Shown here in pieces: positions 54,313-64,000 of a stretch of 64,000 nt of DNA. Origin of the DNA: Candidatus Omnitrophota bacterium (GTDB lineage: Bacteria > Omnitrophota > Gorgyraeia > Zapsychrales > Zapsychraceae); NCBI GenBank assembly GCA_015233405.1, contig JADFXT010000006.1, positions 3,848-67,847 of the forward strand, given 5' to 3'. The translations under genes and the position numbers were made by a program. The notes under the pieces are model-generated. The model had not been told where the DNA came from, ran no database searches, and saw only the letters and a program-made list of their open reading frames with translations. The number at the start of each line of letters is the position of its first letter. The first letter of the stretch is position 1.

Positions 54313-54333
54313 AAAAAGCTCTTCCTCCGGTCT

Positions 54334-54458
54334 GTCATTCCCGAAATCTTTTACCTGCCTGTCGGCAGACAGGTCGGGAATCCAGATTCTCAAATACCGT
54401 GGTTCCCCGACTAAGACATTCGGGGATGACAATTATTCAAGATGTATTTGAGGATGAC
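54334..54458. repeat. Palindromic unit (copy 1 of a direct pair flanking the small ORF)
   Basis: gtcattcccgaaatctt + cctgcctgtcggcagacagg + tcgggaatccagattctcaaataccgtggttccccgactaagacattcggggatgacaattattcaagatgtatttgaggatgac. Confidence 0.85.
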
Positions 54459-54476
54459 AAAACTCATAAGATTATA

Positions 54477-54713
54477 TTAATAATTAAAAATATCTTTCAG
54501 CGAATAATTCTTTGCCGCAAAAGTATTGAGGGCATTAAGGATCTTAAGCTTAACGTTCGGCGTGAGCCTCCGGCCCTTTATCGCTTTATGGACCATCTTA
54601 TGTGTAATCTGTTCCGTTGAACAAGCGACCAAGTCATGAGACTTAATCCCAAGCTCCGTCATGATCCCGGCGATCGGCTGTTCTCCTAAATCTTTTTCGA
54701 TATTATTATCCAT
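54477..54713 (-). CDS. Small hypothetical protein (78 aa), possibly DNA-binding
   Basis: Clean ORF between two repeat units inside the ABC operon. No motif I can name with confidence. Confidence 0.5.
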   Translation of the reverse strand: MDNNIEKDLGEQPIAGIMTELGIKSHDLVACSTEQITHKMVHKAIKGRRLTPNVKLKILNALNTFAAKNYSLKDIFNY

Positions 54714-54734
54714 AGCAAAAAACCCAACCTAACT

Positions 54735-54839
54735 GTCATTCCCGAAATCTTCTGTCGGGAATCCAGATTCTCAAATACCGTGGTTCCCCGACTAAGGCAT
54801 TCGGGGATGACAATTATTTAAGATGTATTTGAGGATGAC
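54735..54839. repeat. Palindromic unit (copy 2 of the direct pair flanking the small ORF)
   Basis: Near-identical to 54334..54458 except that it lacks the 20-nt cctgcc..ggcagg palindrome. Confidence 0.85.
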
Positions 54840-54843
54840 AAAT

Positions 54844-56559
54844 TCATTTTTTTATATAAATCTCTTCAATATTATGCAACACGCCGCCGAAGTTCGTGGG
54901 CTTGAGGTTGCCGAATTTATTTCTGACCGCAAAAATGTTACTGCTTAAAACCGTATAAATCAAAGGAAGTTTGTCGGCGACAATTGCCTGGAATTCATCG
55001 TAAAAAACTTTTCGTTTATCTTCATTAAGTTCCTGCACGCCTTGGGTAAATATTTCGTCAATCCGTTTCTCCCACTCGGTGGCCGGCTTCTCTTGCCTCG
55101 GATACCACATATGAAGCTGGCCGCTCGACATCCAGACGTTATTGCCGAAATGCGGATCACCCCCGCCGGTTAATCCAAGGATAATGGCATCCCACTCAAA
55201 GGTGCTGGTGAGCTTGCTAACGAGGGTATTGAATTCTAAAATTTTAAAATTCACTTTCATTCCCAGCTGCTCTAAGTCATGTTCAATGATTCCCGCGATC
55301 TGAAGACGCTCGACGGCTCCGGCGTTGGTGTAGAGATTAAATTCAACCGCCTGGCCGTCAGGGTCTTTAAGAACGCCATCGTTTCCGACCTTAAAACCGG
55401 CTTCCATTAAAATCTTCCTCGCCTCATCCAAGTTATAATCATATCTTTTCACGTCGGGATTATACCAGAACCCGTCGGCCTGGCTAATGGGCGAGAACTG
55501 TTCGTAGCCTAAACCATTATTTAGAATCTCGATGATCTTCTTCCGGTCGATGGCATACGCCACGGCCTTGCGAAAAGAAACATTGGTAAACCATTTCAAT
55601 TTTTGAGGCTCAACAAACGGTTTTTGCGTCTTAGGATTGGCCCCTTGGTTCTGATTAAAGACAACAAAATTTGTTCCAAAAGATGGGCCGGTCTCATAAA
55701 CAGTAAAATTCCCCTTTTTCTCCTCCGGCTTAAATACAGGAAAATCATTGCCATTTAAAGCATAATAATCAATTTCTCCGTCGAGAAACTTAAGGATCGC
55801 CGTGTCCGGATTCTGAACGATCAAATAAATAACCCCGTCCAGATAAGGAAGGCTCTCTCCTTCTTTGGAATTCTTCCAATAATAGGGATTGCGTTTAAAG
55901 ACCAACCTCTCGCCGGGTTTATAGTCGGTGAGCTTAAACGGCCCGGTGCCGACAATCTCCTTGGGGTTGGTATCAATGCCCCAGGTAAAATTGAACGTTT
56001 TATCCCGGACTGTTTTTTCTAATTTATGCTTAGGCAAAATCGCCTGAGTCATGCTGCGCAAAAAAGGCGCAAATTTAACCGGGAGCTTAAACTCGACGGT
56101 GTAATCATCGATTTTTTTGACTTGAAACGTCTTGCCATCGATCGTGAAGATATCCCTGGAGGAGCTTGGGATGTCGTCGTTATAGATCAACTCATTAAAG
56201 GTAAAGACAACATCATCTGCCGTAAAGCGAATGCCGTCGTTCCAGGAGACATCCTCTCTTAAATAAAATGTCCATGTGAGCCCATCTTCGCTGATGTTCC
56301 AGCTTTTCGCCAGGTTCGGCTCGACTTTAAGAGTAAACGCATTAATCGTGGTCAGCCCTTCGAAAATCAGGCCCGTCACCGTCGAAGTCGATGTCTCTTT
56401 GGCGATAATATCGTTAAAGGATTTTGGGTCGGAGGTGGTGGATAAGACAAACGTCCCTCCATATTTACTTAAAAGTTCCGGAGAGGCCGCATACGAAGTT
56501 AAAGGGAAAAGAAGAATGACCAGAAAAACGGATATGAGACGAATTCGTATATCTTTCAC
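54844..56559 (-). CDS. ABC transporter substrate-binding protein, family 5 (peptide/nickel)
   Basis: Signal peptide, 571 aa, SBP_bac_5-like blocks (WNDGIRFTADDVVFT). Confidence 0.85.
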   Translation of the reverse strand: MKDIRIRLISVFLVILLFPLTSYAASPELLSKYGGTFVLSTTSDPKSFNDIIAKETSTSTVTGLIFEGLTTINAFTLKVEPNLAKSWNISEDGLTWTFYLREDVSWNDGIRFTADDVVFTFNELIYNDDIPSSSRDIFTIDGKTFQVKKIDDYTVEFKLPVKFAPFLRSMTQAILPKHKLEKTVRDKTFNFTWGIDTNPKEIVGTGPFKLTDYKPGERLVFKRNPYYWKNSKEGESLPYLDGVIYLIVQNPDTAILKFLDGEIDYYALNGNDFPVFKPEEKKGNFTVYETGPSFGTNFVVFNQNQGANPKTQKPFVEPQKLKWFTNVSFRKAVAYAIDRKKIIEILNNGLGYEQFSPISQADGFWYNPDVKRYDYNLDEARKILMEAGFKVGNDGVLKDPDGQAVEFNLYTNAGAVERLQIAGIIEHDLEQLGMKVNFKILEFNTLVSKLTSTFEWDAIILGLTGGGDPHFGNNVWMSSGQLHMWYPRQEKPATEWEKRIDEIFTQGVQELNEDKRKVFYDEFQAIVADKLPLIYTVLSSNIFAVRNKFGNLKPTNFGGVLHNIEEIYIKK

Positions 56560-56587
56560 ACGAAAAATGCCTTTTAGAAAATCAGAT

Positions 56588-57001
56588 TTATTTTGCGGGT
56601 TTAGTTGCTGCGTCTTTCTTAGGTTCTGCTTGCGTTGCCGCCACTGGAGCCGGCTGAGCTTTTGCCGGAGCAGCCACCGGAGTCGCCGCTTGGGTCTTCG
56701 TCGCAGCTACGGGTTGTTGTTCCTCGGCCTTTTGTTGCTTTTTCTGCAAGGCAGCAATACTGGACATCAGCGACTGGTCTCGCTTGGATGAGAAATATGC
56801 CAGGCTCATACAGGTAATCAGAAAAATGATACCGATGATCGTTGTTCCCTTAACCAAAAATTCATTGGTCTTGGCGCCGAAAAAAGACTCCGCCGAAGCG
56901 AAGGCCTCGGTCAATCCGCCGCCGCGGCCAGATTGCATCAAAATAATGGTAATTAATAAAGCACAAGCAATAACATGAATAAAAGTAATAACCCCTGTCA
57001 T
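56588..57001 (-). CDS. secG: Preprotein translocase subunit SecG with extended Ala/Pro/Lys-rich tail
   Basis: ILMQSGRGGGL...FGAKT core; tpiA-secG synteny. Confidence 0.75.
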   Translation of the reverse strand: MTGVITFIHVIACALLITIILMQSGRGGGLTEAFASAESFFGAKTNEFLVKGTTIIGIIFLITCMSLAYFSSKRDQSLMSSIAALQKKQQKAEEQQPVAATKTQAATPVAAPAKAQPAPVAATQAEPKKDAATKPAK

Positions 57002-57097
57002 AATTCCTCCCGATTCAGTTTGTTCTATTTTTTATATTTATCCCAAATATTGCGCGACGATAAGTCTCGCACAAAAAGATGAATGCAAAATCTGAGT

Positions 57098-57859
57098 TTA
57101 TGCTGGAATAGCGCCTTTGACGATCGCTGAAAAAGAATCGCTCTTTAAACTTGCGCCGCCGACCAAAGCTCCGTCGACATCCGGTTGCGCCATCAGTTCC
57201 TTGATATTATCAGGCTTAACACTTCCACCATATTGGATACGTACGCTCTGCCCGACATCTTCACTAAATTGCTTTACCAAAAGTCCGCGGATATATTTAT
57301 GCGCTTCTTCGGCTTGTGCCGGAGTCGCGGTCTTTCCTGTTCCGATCGCCCAGACCGGTTCATAGGCGATAACGCACTTCACCATTTCTTCATTGGTCAA
57401 TCCGGCCAAAGACTCTTCGCACTGTTTCTTAAGAACATCCATGGTCTGTCCGGCTTCGCGCTCTGCCAAGACTTCTCCGACGCAAATAATCGGCGTTAAG
57501 TTGTGCTTAAGCGCCGCTTTGATTTTCTTATTGACCGTCTGGTTCGTTTCGCCGAAAAACTGGCGGCGTTCCGAGTGGCCAATAATCACATACTGGGCAC
57601 CAGCGTCTTTAATCAAAGGAGCAGAAACTTCGCCGGTAAATGCGCCAGAGTCTTCCCAATAAAGGTCCTGAGCGCCCACGCCGATATTCGACTCCATGAG
57701 GCATTCATAAACATCCCTGAGAACGACAAACACAGGACAGACAACGATATCGACCCCTTCAACATCACAAAATTCGCGTTTTAAAATGGTCACCAGCTCA
57801 ATGGCTTCCAACGCATTCTTAAATAATTTCCAATTTCCTGCAATGATCGGTTTTCTCAT
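57098..57859 (-). CDS. tpiA: Triose-phosphate isomerase
   Basis: IAGNWK, IIGHSERR, AYEPVWAIGTG. Confidence 0.95.
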   Translation of the reverse strand: MRKPIIAGNWKLFKNALEAIELVTILKREFCDVEGVDIVVCPVFVVLRDVYECLMESNIGVGAQDLYWEDSGAFTGEVSAPLIKDAGAQYVIIGHSERRQFFGETNQTVNKKIKAALKHNLTPIICVGEVLAEREAGQTMDVLKKQCEESLAGLTNEEMVKCVIAYEPVWAIGTGKTATPAQAEEAHKYIRGLLVKQFSEDVGQSVRIQYGGSVKPDNIKELMAQPDVDGALVGGASLKSDSFSAIVKGAIPA

Positions 57860-57872
57860 TTGGTATGTTCCT

Positions 57873-59054
57873 TTATTTATCCTTGAGTGCAGCTACGCCC
57901 GGTAAGACCTGTCCTTCCAGAAACTCGAGCGATGCGCCGCCGCCGGTTGAAATATGCGTCATTTTATCTTCTACGTTAAATTTTTTGGCCGCGGAAGCGG
58001 AATCCCCGCCCCCAACGATCGTCACGCAATTCTTTAATGTCGCTAAATATTCCGCGATTTCTTTGGTCCCTTCGGCATAGGCATCTTTTTCAAAAACACC
58101 GACGGGCCCATTCCAAACAACTGTTTTAGCCGTTGAAAGGACTTCCTTAAATTTCGCAATAGTTTTAGGTCCAACATCCAAACCTTCCCAACCATCTTCA
58201 ATATCGGTGACGATTTTCTTTTCTTCGGGCTTTTCAAAATCCTTGACCACCACAAAATCTTCACTTAACACAATTTTTACGCCTTTAGCTTTAGCTTTTT
58301 CAAGCAGCCCTTTAGCCAAATCCACTTTATCTGCCTCGAGAATGGACTTGCCAATATTCTTGCCCATGGCTTTTAAGAAAGTGTACGCCATCCCGCCGCC
58401 GATCAAAAGCGCGTCGGCCTTATTGATCAAATTTTCAATGAGCAAGATCTTATCGGAAACTTTCTTGCCGCCTAAAATGACCACAAACGGTCTTGCGGGA
58501 TTATCCACGGCTTTGCCAAGGTAATTGATCTCTTTCTCTAAAAGGAAACCGGCCACGGCTGGGAGAAATTTTGCGATTCCTTCGGTCGAAGCATGGGCGC
58601 GATGAGCAGTACCAAACGCATCATTAACATAAATTTCAGCCAAATCCGCCAATTTCTTTGAGAATTCAGGGTCATTCTTCTCTTCTTGCTTATAAAAACG
58701 AAGATTTTCAAGAAGAACCACACGCTCAGAACTCTTGGCGATTGATTCTTTCACTTTGTCGCCGATGCAATCATCAAGCATAAGGACTTTTTCGCCTAAA
58801 AGTTGTTCGAGCTTCTTAGCGACGGGAGTCAAGCGTTCTGCTTCAACAACTTGGCCCTTTGGACGGCCTAAATGGCTCATCAAAATCAATTTGGCGCATC
58901 CTTGTCCTAAAATATATTTAATGGTCGGCAAAGAGGCCACAATGCGCATATCATCCGTGATATTTAAGCTCTCATCCAAAGGAACATTAAAATCACAGCG
59001 CATAATCACTTTTTTACCTTTTAAAGCGATGTCTTTGACGGTCATTTTGTTCAT
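57873..59054 (-). CDS. pgk: Phosphoglycerate kinase
   Basis: RCDFNVP, SHLGRP, GGGDS. The start at 59054 follows AGAGGGGGA. Confidence 0.95.
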   Translation of the reverse strand: MNKMTVKDIALKGKKVIMRCDFNVPLDESLNITDDMRIVASLPTIKYILGQGCAKLILMSHLGRPKGQVVEAERLTPVAKKLEQLLGEKVLMLDDCIGDKVKESIAKSSERVVLLENLRFYKQEEKNDPEFSKKLADLAEIYVNDAFGTAHRAHASTEGIAKFLPAVAGFLLEKEINYLGKAVDNPARPFVVILGGKKVSDKILLIENLINKADALLIGGGMAYTFLKAMGKNIGKSILEADKVDLAKGLLEKAKAKGVKIVLSEDFVVVKDFEKPEEKKIVTDIEDGWEGLDVGPKTIAKFKEVLSTAKTVVWNGPVGVFEKDAYAEGTKEIAEYLATLKNCVTIVGGGDSASAAKKFNVEDKMTHISTGGGASLEFLEGQVLPGVAALKDK

Positions 59055-59198
59055 GGAATCCCCCTCTTTATTTCTCATTATTTAATATTAATAGTGATAA
59101 CAAATTGCTCCTATTATATATAAGGTTCGTAGTTTGTCAAATTAATCCTATTTCTTCAAGCCAATACCTGTAGAAAATCATTCTCAAGAAAACGACTG

Positions 59199-60302
59199 TC
59201 ATTTTTTAAGGATAACCGCTAATTGCGTCGCGATTTGTTCCCCCATCTTCTTCATGCCTTCCGTACTAAAATGACAGCTATCGTTAAAAAGAAAGTCCTT
59301 TTCTTCCATCCCCTGAACTTCCACATAAACAACTTCTGGGATCTCTGTGGCGACCTCTTTTAACGAAGCTATATTGGCTTTAAAAGTTTTCAAAAAAATG
59401 TCTTTATGTTGCTCCCCATTTTCAAAAATACGCAAGAAATCGATAGCTTTTCCTTGTTCAATAACAGGATTATAATTAAATCGCACAATAACCGGCAAGA
59501 TGCCGTGGCCCAGCGCGACTTGACATAAACTTTTGATATTCCTTTTAAACGTCTCTGGGGCTTGAGGCGTAAATTCTCCTCTAACTTTTAAAGGGAATTT
59601 GTTAATAAAACTAATAAGCGAAACGGCGTGGCCAAACCGATAAACTATTTTCTTGCGCAATAACGAATAAAAGAAAGAATGGTTAAAATGAGGGATTTTA
59701 TTCCAGGCATTGGGTTTAAGTTCTTTATTGATCCGCGCATGTGAATAATCCGATTTAAAACCTTCCAAAATCCCCGTGCACCAAGCATCATTGATCGACT
59801 CATAAATTACAACAGCATCCGGATGAAAGTCCAAAAGACGTAACTCAAAATCGATTAAGATCTCCGCCGAAGTATAGCCTGCACATCCTGCATTCAGGAC
59901 TTCGATGGAATCACCCAATTTTTCCTTTAAATATTTTTCCAGCCAATGAGGATAGGTATTATCAGGATCATCCCCGTCGGCCATTTCAGTTGTAGAACCT
60001 CCAACACAAAGGACGCGCAAACACCCTTGTTTCTTTTCAAAAGAAACATCTTGGGTCCCTTCAAACCCAAAATTATTCGTTGCATAACTGCCATGCGGCA
60101 ATTTTCCGGAACATTTTGGCCTCTTGGTATAAATAATGTACGGATGATTTTCATAACGTAGTACTTTAGGGACCAACGGATCCCACTGCGGATCTAAACG
60201 CCAAAAAGACGTTTTTAATCCCTCCCGTGCATGCTTGGAGGGCATAGTACATCGTAAAGCCAACTCAATAGCACATAAAAAAACAATGATTCCTATTACC
60301 AT
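59199..60302 (-). CDS. SGNH/GDSL-like hydrolase family protein (membrane-anchored)
   Basis: LCVGGSTTE and DSCHFSTEG blocks. Distant resemblance to 6861..7889. Confidence 0.5.
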   Translation of the reverse strand: MVIGIIVFLCAIELALRCTMPSKHAREGLKTSFWRLDPQWDPLVPKVLRYENHPYIIYTKRPKCSGKLPHGSYATNNFGFEGTQDVSFEKKQGCLRVLCVGGSTTEMADGDDPDNTYPHWLEKYLKEKLGDSIEVLNAGCAGYTSAEILIDFELRLLDFHPDAVVIYESINDAWCTGILEGFKSDYSHARINKELKPNAWNKIPHFNHSFFYSLLRKKIVYRFGHAVSLISFINKFPLKVRGEFTPQAPETFKRNIKSLCQVALGHGILPVIVRFNYNPVIEQGKAIDFLRIFENGEQHKDIFLKTFKANIASLKEVATEIPEVVYVEVQGMEEKDFLFNDSCHFSTEGMKKMGEQIATQLAVILKK

Positions 60303-60431
60303 AATGGATAAATGTCCTTAGGAACTTCTTGAGAAGCTGATTTTCTCTCTTTCGGCTTAGAAAAATTGTTGCTCTTTCTTCGCCCAGAAAGAAATTCTAT
60401 GATCTTGCCTAATATTTTTCTAAAGAAAGTA

Positions 60432-62388
<1,957 letters not shown>

Positions 62389-62402
62389 AGAGAATTTTCT
62401 CC

Positions 62403-63686
62403 TTAGGATTGATGAGTCATCGCGACCAGAAGTCCAATGCTCGCCCACAAGTGGCTTGATAATTGTAATGAATAAAATTGCGTATCCAGAAAACTGTGGA
62501 ACAGAAAAGCGAAAATTCCGGCCAGCAATCCAATGGAAAGCGGGCAAAAAAAGCTCCTTTGAGCATATTGATTCTTTATCCGGTCCAAAGAACTGTTAAA
62601 TAAACTCGCCAGAACCCATAAAAAAAGGATTAATCCGACGATCCCCGTTTCAACCAGGATCTGCAGATAACAATTATGCGCGTACGTCGGATACCAGTTT
62701 AATAATGCAATCGTATGACTCTTTTTATATTCTTCATAGGTTCGCATAAACGTGTTAACGCCATGGCCCAAAACAGGTTTTTCTTTAAACATCGCCAAAC
62801 TATCTTTCCAGACATCTAATCTCCAATCCACCGACCCTCGGACAGCCATTTCAGGATTGACCATTTTCTTAAAAAGTTCCGGTCCTTTGATAATAAGAGG
62901 AATCAGAAGAAGAAGCGGAATAAAGTAAACGACATATTTCTTCAGATTTTTTTTAAGCCAAAAATAAATCGCACCCACAAAAAGCATCCCCCAAAAAACT
63001 CCCATCCAAGCACCGCGAGAGAACGTAACAAACATCGCCCATACTAAAATCCCAGAAGGAATAATCCACAAAATTCGCCAAAGCCCCTTCATTCTAGAAA
63101 GAAAGACTGAAACACCTAAAAGGACAACCACGGATAAATAGGCAGCCAAATCGTTAGGCGTGTTAAACCCAGCCGTTGCGCGGTGAACGGTGGTGGAAAT
63201 ATCGCGGCCTAAAAAGAAATCCTTACCTGTAATGTAATACTGGATGATACCATCAATTGCCGTCGAGAAAGAAGTAAAAAACAAAATCCCTAAAGCCGCA
63301 AAAATCTGTTTTCTGCTTTTAAAGACCTCTATCATGAGAAAATAAATCAAGAACCATCGAAGCGTCTTACCAAAAACGCCAATCAAAGACTGCTTCATCA
63401 GCATGCCCTGTGGCACAGATAAAAGGCACGCGACAAAAAATAAAGCTATTGGCAAATTAAGCGCGCTAGATTGAGGCTTAAAAATCTTCGCTTTCTGGGA
63501 AAACGGCAACAAGGAATTGCACTGAATGAGGATAATCCTTTTGACGAGCCAAAGAACCGTGGAAATGACAACACAAGTTTCGATCACAGCGCCACTATAC
63601 GGAAGCCAAAAAAGTAAAACACACATAAAGAAACAGATCCCTGCATCTATTTTTGCCGTGACAGGTGTTGATTCTATTCTCTGCAT
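62403..63686 (-). CDS. O-antigen ligase/polymerase family membrane protein
   Basis: About 10 TM segments and a FSRGAWMG Wzy_C-type loop. Confidence 0.7.
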   Translation of the reverse strand: MQRIESTPVTAKIDAGICFFMCVLLFWLPYSGAVIETCVVISTVLWLVKRIILIQCNSLLPFSQKAKIFKPQSSALNLPIALFFVACLLSVPQGMLMKQSLIGVFGKTLRWFLIYFLMIEVFKSRKQIFAALGILFFTSFSTAIDGIIQYYITGKDFFLGRDISTTVHRATAGFNTPNDLAAYLSVVVLLGVSVFLSRMKGLWRILWIIPSGILVWAMFVTFSRGAWMGVFWGMLFVGAIYFWLKKNLKKYVVYFIPLLLLIPLIIKGPELFKKMVNPEMAVRGSVDWRLDVWKDSLAMFKEKPVLGHGVNTFMRTYEEYKKSHTIALLNWYPTYAHNCYLQILVETGIVGLILFLWVLASLFNSSLDRIKNQYAQRSFFCPLSIGLLAGIFAFLFHSFLDTQFYSLQLSSHLWASIGLLVAMTHQS

Positions 63687-63689
63687 CGC

Positions 63690-64000
63690 CTAATAAGCCC
63701 CTTTTCCTTTTAAAACAACTGGAACAGTCTGAAACAAAATGCTTAGATCAAGCCAAAAAGACCAGTTGTTGATATACCAGATGTCCCATTTCACCAGACG
63801 GATAAAAGACAAATCGCTTCGACCTCTGATTTGCCACAAACCCGTAATCCCTGGACGGACCTCAAGGCGTTTAAGCTGATTTAAGTCTTCCTTTTCAATT
63901 TGGTCAATAGGAAGCGGCCTGGGGCCGACCAAACTCATATCACCTTTAAGGACATTCATGATTTGCGGTAATTCATCGAGGCTGTATTTGCGCAGGATTT
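63690..64000 (-). CDS. Polyprenyl-phosphate sugar transferase (bacterial sugar transferase family), C-terminal part; N-terminus beyond right edge
   Basis: ..[28 protein letters not shown]...[16 protein letters not shown]. The frame stays open to position 64000. Confidence 0.85.
   Translation of the reverse strand, partial: ILRKYSLDELPQIMNVLKGDMSLVGPRPLPIDQIEKEDLNQLKRLEVRPGITGLWQIRGRSDLSFIRLVKWDIWYINNWSFWLDLSILFQTVPVVLKGKGAY

Noticed and set aside
52074-54432. Long N-terminal extensions of the two permease ORFs (426 and 362 aa as listed), and similar extensions of gmd (62547), cvpA-like (25983), the lipoprotein (8400), Fic (4575) and pgk (59078)
   Set aside because: The extensions translate repeat elements or promoter DNA. 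Internal ATGs coincide with the conserved family N-termini and better RBS spacing.
54334-54839. Integron-like gene cassette (attC sites) around the 78-aa ORF
   Set aside because: The flanking units are direct, not the imperfect inverted R''-L''/L'-R' structure. There is no GTTRRRY core and no intI nearby. They belong to the local GTCAT-palindrome family.

Overview
This 64-kb window comes from a moderately AT-rich bacterium that I cannot place taxonomically from sequence alone. Coding is almost entirely on the minus strand; the only convincing plus-strand gene is a GAF-GGDEF diguanylate cyclase.

Housekeeping blocks, in coordinate order:
- plsY-pgsA, lepB-lepA, cmk
- an aromatic amino-acid cluster (tyrA, DAHP synthase, hisC, pheA)
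- scpB-ruvA-ruvC-yebC
- a zinc-ribbon gene, rnhA and an RNase P RNA that the ORF track cannot show
- two tRNAs, rpoD-dnaG-Nif3, smc
- ACP, Bcd-EtfAB, glgC
- a five-gene peptide ABC transporter
- secG-tpiA-pgk
- a GDP-fucose / O-antigen-type cluster

The accessory content is the interesting part.
1. There is a three-member family of large signal-peptide proteins. Each has a conserved N-terminal domain of about 350 aa and an unrelated middle region. Paralog A (1..3023) runs off the left edge and is absent from the ORF track. Paralog B is 42160..44469 and paralog C is 45494..49432.
2. Paralogs A and B are each preceded by what I read as a class I c-di-GMP (GEMM-I) riboswitch, with a homologous promoter and an intrinsic-terminator expression platform. 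Paralog C has an ordinary promoter and no such aptamer.
3. A multi-module family of GTCAT...ATGAC-ended palindromic repeats is expanded into higher-order arrays that bracket paralogs B and C. Single units sit between every cistron of the ABC operon. The repeats also appear to be inserted in frame into two protein-coding genes (paralog C and a Fic gene).
4. Paralog C contains a near-perfect tandem duplication of a 389-codon module.
5. Two tandem polytopic membrane proteins with C-terminal TPR regions lie directly downstream.

No transposase, integrase, CRISPR array or recognisable defence genes were seen. All functional calls rest on motifs I recognise by eye; no searches were run.
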